A stretch of 64,000 nucleotides of DNA from an uncultured Coxiellaceae bacterium. GTDB lineage: Bacteria > Pseudomonadota > Gammaproteobacteria > DSM-16500. Position numbers and translations under genes: made by a program. Within the stretch, counting starts at the first letter, position 1; each line of letters opens with the position of its first letter. The notes beneath the pieces are model-generated. The model was not told the origin of the DNA, ran no database searches, and was given only the letters and a program-made list of their open reading frames with translations. The stretch is taken from assembly GCA_964583565.1 (NCBI GenBank), contig CAZOVT010000002.1, positions 34,301-98,300 of the forward strand, read 5' to 3'. This document shows positions 58,948 through 64,000 of this stretch, one piece after another.

Positions 58948-60276
58948 TCATTTTGTCTTCTTTTTATCCTGCTCACGAAAATAAGCAAGGCGTTCTGCAA
59001 TTTTTATTTCAAGACCGCGGCTGGCAGGATAATAATACTGGTTATTTTTTAACTCTTCCGGAAGATACTGTTCGCCCGCCGCGTATGCATCTGGCTCATC
59101 ATGTGCATAACGGTAACCATCACCATATCCCAGATTTTTCATCAATCGGGTTGGCGCGTTACGAATGTGCAATGGAACCTCTAGCGATCCATATTTTTTT
59201 GCATCCTGCATCGCCGCATTAAAAGCAGTATACACCGAGTTGCTTTTTGGAACACAGGCAAGGTAAACAATTGCCTGAGCTAAAGCAAGTTCTCCTTCCG
59301 GTGAACCAAGCCGCTCATAGACATCACAGGCACTGATGGCCAGTGTTAGCGCCTTGGGGTCAGCCAACCCTATGTCTTCATTTGCCATACGAATAATACG
59401 CCGGCCTAGATAACGCGGATCACATCCACCATCAAGCATCCGGCAAAACCAGTATAACGCTGCATCAGGTGAAGAACCGCGAACGGATTTATGTAATGCA
59501 GAAATTTGATCATAGAATGCTTCGCCCTGCTTATCAAAGCGGCGCAAATTAACTTGCAGAATCTGCTCAAGCAATGCTTCCGTCACAACACCATCTGCAC
59601 CAACCAGATCTGACAACACTTCAAGCAAATTCAACAATTGCCTTGCATCACCATCTGCGGCCTGTATCAACACACGCCGCAAATCATCAGGAATAACCAT
59701 TTTCAGCTGCCCCAGGCCTCGCACGCTGTCATGTAATGCAGAAGTAATTACGTTAAGCAAATCATCATCTGTCATGCGTTTAAGCACGTAAACACGCGCG
59801 CGCGACAATAATGCATTATTCAGTTCAAAAGAAGGATTTTCAGTCGTGGCGCCAATCAAAATAAACGTACCATCTTCAACATAAGGCAAAAACACATCTT
59901 GCTGCGCTTTGTTAAAACGATGTATTTCATCAATAAATAATATGGTGGCCTGCTGACAGTCAGCCCGCAATGCTTTCGCATCTTCTACCACTTTACGAAT
60001 TTCTTTAACACCTGAAAAAACAGCGGAAAGACGCTCAAATCTGGCGCCGGTACTAACAGCCATCAGCTGTGCCAGCGTTGTCTTTCCTGTACCGGGCGGC
60101 CCCCACAATATCATGGAGTGCAAAATACCTTGCTGAATAGCACGGCGCAGCGGCTTACCCTCACCTAACAAATGTGTCTGCCCGATATATTCATCGAGTG
60201 AGCGCGGACGCATACGTGTGGCAAGAGGCGAATAGGCTATATTGGTTAACACATTATTTTTTTCGGGTTTCATCAA
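58948..60276 (-). CDS. rarA: Replication-associated recombination protein A (AAA+ ATPase)
   Basis: Walker A GPPGTGKTTLA, Walker B LFIDEIHRFNK, and the MgsA C-terminal domain. Confidence 0.95.
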   Translation of the reverse strand: MMKPEKNNVLTNIAYSPLATRMRPRSLDEYIGQTHLLGEGKPLRRAIQQGILHSMILWGPPGTGKTTLAQLMAVSTGARFERLSAVFSGVKEIRKVVEDAKALRADCQQATILFIDEIHRFNKAQQDVFLPYVEDGTFILIGATTENPSFELNNALLSRARVYVLKRMTDDDLLNVITSALHDSVRGLGQLKMVIPDDLRRVLIQAADGDARQLLNLLEVLSDLVGADGVVTEALLEQILQVNLRRFDKQGEAFYDQISALHKSVRGSSPDAALYWFCRMLDGGCDPRYLGRRIIRMANEDIGLADPKALTLAISACDVYERLGSPEGELALAQAIVYLACVPKSNSVYTAFNAAMQDAKKYGSLEVPLHIRNAPTRLMKNLGYGDGYRYAHDEPDAYAAGEQYLPEELKNNQYYYPASRGLEIKIAERLAYFREQDKKKTK

Positions 60277-60886
60277 TCACATCTACATTGGCTGGTGCAT
60301 GGAATTCAAATAATGTCGGCGCAAGAGAGGCATTTAATTGTATTTGCTTATACTGAATTCTTGTTAAATGACCTAAATTATCTGCCAGTTTCATTTCCCG
60401 AATTTGATTATTTTCAAAACCCATTGCGATGGATTCAAACATATTGTCAGGCTTTTTAGGGGTCAGTTTATACCAGCGCCAACCATCCTTACCCTGCTTT
60501 TGCTCCGCAACAACAAAATCACGCTCAAGCACTGCGTTATCATGGCTCAAAAACAATGCCGGCGTTTCACCCGCCCCCTGCTTCAGTGAGCGGATAGTTA
60601 CCTGCTCAAGATCAGCGTCATAAATCCATAATTTATCATTACTTGCGATAATAAGCTGAGGTATTGGTTTACCAACCTGCCAGCGAAACCGGCCGGGGCG
60701 CTGCATGGCCATTTTGCCATACGATACCTGTATAGCGACACCGCGGTTATCATAAATAGTCTGTACAAAATCAGCTTTCATGCTTTTCATACCGCCAAGC
60801 AGCGCGGAAAGATCGCTGGCCGGCGTTGCATAAGCCGCGATAGAAAATAAAAAGTAAATTAAAACCATAAAACTATAACGACGCAT
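60254..60886 (-). CDS. lolA: Outer-membrane lipoprotein carrier protein LolA
   Basis: Signal peptide, an F.Q motif (ADFVQT), and the ftsK-lolA-rarA order. I moved the start to Met 60886. Confidence 0.88.
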   Translation of the reverse strand: MRRYSFMVLIYFLFSIAAYATPASDLSALLGGMKSMKADFVQTIYDNRGVAIQVSYGKMAMQRPGRFRWQVGKPIPQLIIASNDKLWIYDADLEQVTIRSLKQGAGETPALFLSHDNAVLERDFVVAEQKQGKDGWRWYKLTPKKPDNMFESIAMGFENNQIREMKLADNLGHLTRIQYKQIQLNASLAPTLFEFHAPANVDVIDETRKK

Positions 60887-60893
60887 GTGCACC

Positions 60894-63260
60894 TCAATCA
60901 ATCATCACGGCCGCCGCCAGCACTTCGCGTGAACCATTATGATCACTCGTGCTGACAACACCAGCAGCTTCCATTTCTTCCATAATACGTGCGGCCCGAT
61001 TATAGCCAATGCGCAATCGGCGCTGGACAAGCGAAATGGATGCCCGCCCGCTTTCAGTAACAATGCGAACAGCCTCGTCATACAGAGAGTCTTGCCCGCC
61101 GGCACCTTCATCGCCTGAACCTGTCTCTGTCACATCATCTGTCACTTCCTGCAGATACTCCGGCTCTCCATAAGTACGCCAGGCAGCAACAACACGATGA
61201 ACTTCTTCATCCGCAACATAAGCGCCATGAACCCGCACAGGCACGCCGGCGCCAGGAGGCAAATACAACATATCACCATGCCCCAGTAACTGTTCAGCGC
61301 CTTGCTGATCAAGGATAGTGCGTGAATCAATACGTGAAGACACTTGAAATGCAATACGTGTTGGAATATTTGCTTTAATTAATCCAGTGATCACATCTAC
61401 CGAAGGACGCTGGGTAGCAAGAATCAAATGAATACCAGCCGCACGTGCTTTTTGAGCAATACGCGCAATCAGATCTTCCACTTTTTTGCCGACGACCATC
61501 ATCATGTCAGCCAGCTCATCTGCCACCACGACCACAACCGGCAATGGTTCCAGTTTTGCTTTTGCTGACTCTTCATCTGTTACTAATGCTCCCGGCATTA
61601 ATAATGGTTCACCCTGTTTAATGGCATCGCCAACTTTCTGGTTATACCCCGTAATATTTCGCACACCTAATGCCGCCATCAAACGATAACGCTTATCCAT
61701 TTCCGCAACACACCAGCGCAATGCATTGGCGGCGTCTTTCATATCTGTAATCACTGGCGTTAATAAATGAGGAATACCTTCATAAACAGATAATTCAAGC
61801 ATTTTGGGATCAATCAGAATAAGGCGCAATTCTTCAGGTGTTGCTTTATATAACATGCTGAGCAGCATCGCGTTCAGGCTGACGGATTTACCCGAGCCCG
61901 TTGTACCCGCTACTAATAAATGCGGCATTTTTGTTAAATCAACCACAACTGGACTGCCAGCAATATCTTTACCCAGCACCAGACTGACGGGTGAATGTGA
62001 CTGTACATAGCGGTCGGATTCCAGCATTTCGCGCAGCGTCACTGTTTCACGATTTTCATTGGGAATTTCAAGCCCAACGACAGATTTACCGGGAATCACT
62101 TCGACAACCCGCACACTAACAACTGAAAGCGAACGAGCGATATCTTTAGCAAGCCCGGTTATTTTACTGACTTTGATACCCGGCGCGAGATCCAGCTCAA
62201 ATCTGGTCACCACCGGGCCAGGGTGAACTGCAACCACTTTCACATCAACACCAAAATCTGTCAGACGCTGCTCTACCAGCTGTGATAATTCACCAAACGA
62301 AACATTTGAAAATGCATGGTCTGTTGCGGGTAACGGCTCATTTAACAATGCCAGCGGCGGCAAACCATCTGCGCCAAGATGCATGCTGGAATCGATTAAC
62401 ATTTTTCTTTTTTCACGCGATGATTCCGCAGGAGATACTGATTTATGCTTGGCGATCACCGCTGGCGGAATACGCGTGACAACCAGAGGTTCTTCACGAT
62501 CTTTACGTTTTAGCGGCACGGCTGACTGAGATGCACGCTCCACAATCACCGGTTCTTCACGGTTACCACGTTTGGCAGACGAGGCAGAGGATGCTGTTTT
62601 TGACTGCCGGGATTTCAACGACAGTGCAGACACACGCCCCCAGCACCAGATGAATCCTTCGTAAAGCTTTTCACCCATATTTTCGGCAACACCCAGCCAT
62701 GATAATCCTGTCACCAGTGTCACACCACATAACAAGGTCGCGATAAATAGCAGCTCACTACCCATTTCATTAAATAACTGCGATAAACCGCTGCCAAGCA
62801 AATCACCGATAATACCGCCAGATTGCGCAGGTAAATGTGATTTGGGTGAATCAAAATATAAACTTGCCAGGCCGCAGCTGCTGCAAATAAGAAACAGCCA
62901 GCCAAATGAAGCCAATACCCAGTCGTATGATTTTTTCGGTAAGGTTTCTCTATCCTGAAGCTTTAGCCAGTTTGACAAGATCAACAAGAGGGGAAACAAA
63001 TAGGCAACCATGCCAAACAGGGATAGAAAAACATCCGCAAACCAGGCGCCCACTCTGCCGCCGGCATTCATGACTTTGCCGCCCAGACCAGTACTTGACC
63101 AGCCCGGGTCTGTCGGATGAAATGTGTAAAGTGATGTCAGTAAAAATACTGCGCAAGCTACGACCACTATGAATAACCCTTCCTGCAGCCGCTGCCGCAT
63201 TTTCATAGAAAGTAAATTGCGCTTTTTATTGTCAGATGCTTGTTTATATCGGTTTTTCAT
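60894..63260 (-). CDS. ftsK: DNA translocase FtsK
   Basis: N-terminal 4-TM domain, a linker, a motor domain with Walker A GTTGSGKS and Walker [14 protein letters not shown]-like, and a C-terminal gamma winged-helix ([21 protein letters not shown]). Confidence 0.95.
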   Translation of the reverse strand: MKNRYKQASDNKKRNLLSMKMRQRLQEGLFIVVVACAVFLLTSLYTFHPTDPGWSSTGLGGKVMNAGGRVGAWFADVFLSLFGMVAYLFPLLLILSNWLKLQDRETLPKKSYDWVLASFGWLFLICSSCGLASLYFDSPKSHLPAQSGGIIGDLLGSGLSQLFNEMGSELLFIATLLCGVTLVTGLSWLGVAENMGEKLYEGFIWCWGRVSALSLKSRQSKTASSASSAKRGNREEPVIVERASQSAVPLKRKDREEPLVVTRIPPAVIAKHKSVSPAESSREKRKMLIDSSMHLGADGLPPLALLNEPLPATDHAFSNVSFGELSQLVEQRLTDFGVDVKVVAVHPGPVVTRFELDLAPGIKVSKITGLAKDIARSLSVVSVRVVEVIPGKSVVGLEIPNENRETVTLREMLESDRYVQSHSPVSLVLGKDIAGSPVVVDLTKMPHLLVAGTTGSGKSVSLNAMLLSMLYKATPEELRLILIDPKMLELSVYEGIPHLLTPVITDMKDAANALRWCVAEMDKRYRLMAALGVRNITGYNQKVGDAIKQGEPLLMPGALVTDEESAKAKLEPLPVVVVVADELADMMMVVGKKVEDLIARIAQKARAAGIHLILATQRPSVDVITGLIKANIPTRIAFQVSSRIDSRTILDQQGAEQLLGHGDMLYLPPGAGVPVRVHGAYVADEEVHRVVAAWRTYGEPEYLQEVTDDVTETGSGDEGAGGQDSLYDEAVRIVTESGRASISLVQRRLRIGYNRAARIMEEMEAAGVVSTSDHNGSREVLAAAVMID

Positions 63261-63312
63261 AATAATTAGCTATTTACCCATCATGTTCCTTCTCGTACTA
63301 TACCACCATTAA

Positions 63313-64000
<688 letters not shown>

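Overview
The window reads as a densely packed, mostly core-genome stretch of a moderately AT-rich gammaproteobacterium. I support about 57 protein genes. I found no rRNA, tRNA, CRISPR array, transposase, integrase or phage genes.

Several blocks match the classical E. coli gene order:
- bamD next to rluD-pgeF
- mlaFEDCB next to kdsDC-lptCAB
- rluC next to rne
- trxB next to ftsK-lolA-rarA

Several traits suggest a Legionellales or Coxiella-like intracellular lineage. This is inference only:
- An AddAB-type helicase-nuclease pair.
- Ankyrin-like proteins.
- lptB followed directly by an HPr/NPr gene, with no rpoN block.
- Very tight gene packing, including overlapping convergent 3' ends.

I do not see a clear-cut new multi-gene system such as a defence island or toxin-antitoxin pair. 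The stretches most worth follow-up are:
1. A translationally coupled pair at 3752-6456: a secreted NGGFE-jelly-roll/DUF11/Ig-like multidomain protein plus a small beta-barrel outer-membrane protein.
2. A stripped-down pilV-pilW-pilX minor-pilin module wedged between serC and an HSDL2-like SDR. Its pilW has no in-frame start codon and looks like it carries a 1-nt frameshift.
3. A family-1-like uracil-DNA-glycosylase homologue with an altered catalytic motif, GESPY instead of GQDPY.
4. Two orphan, possibly effector-like proteins: an ankyrin-like 496-aa protein with a basic C-terminal tail, and a 468-aa protein with no recognisable motifs.
5. Two unusually long hairpins between convergent genes: a perfect 31-bp stem and an 80-nt three-tier stem.

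All family calls come from motif recognition by eye. No database search was run.
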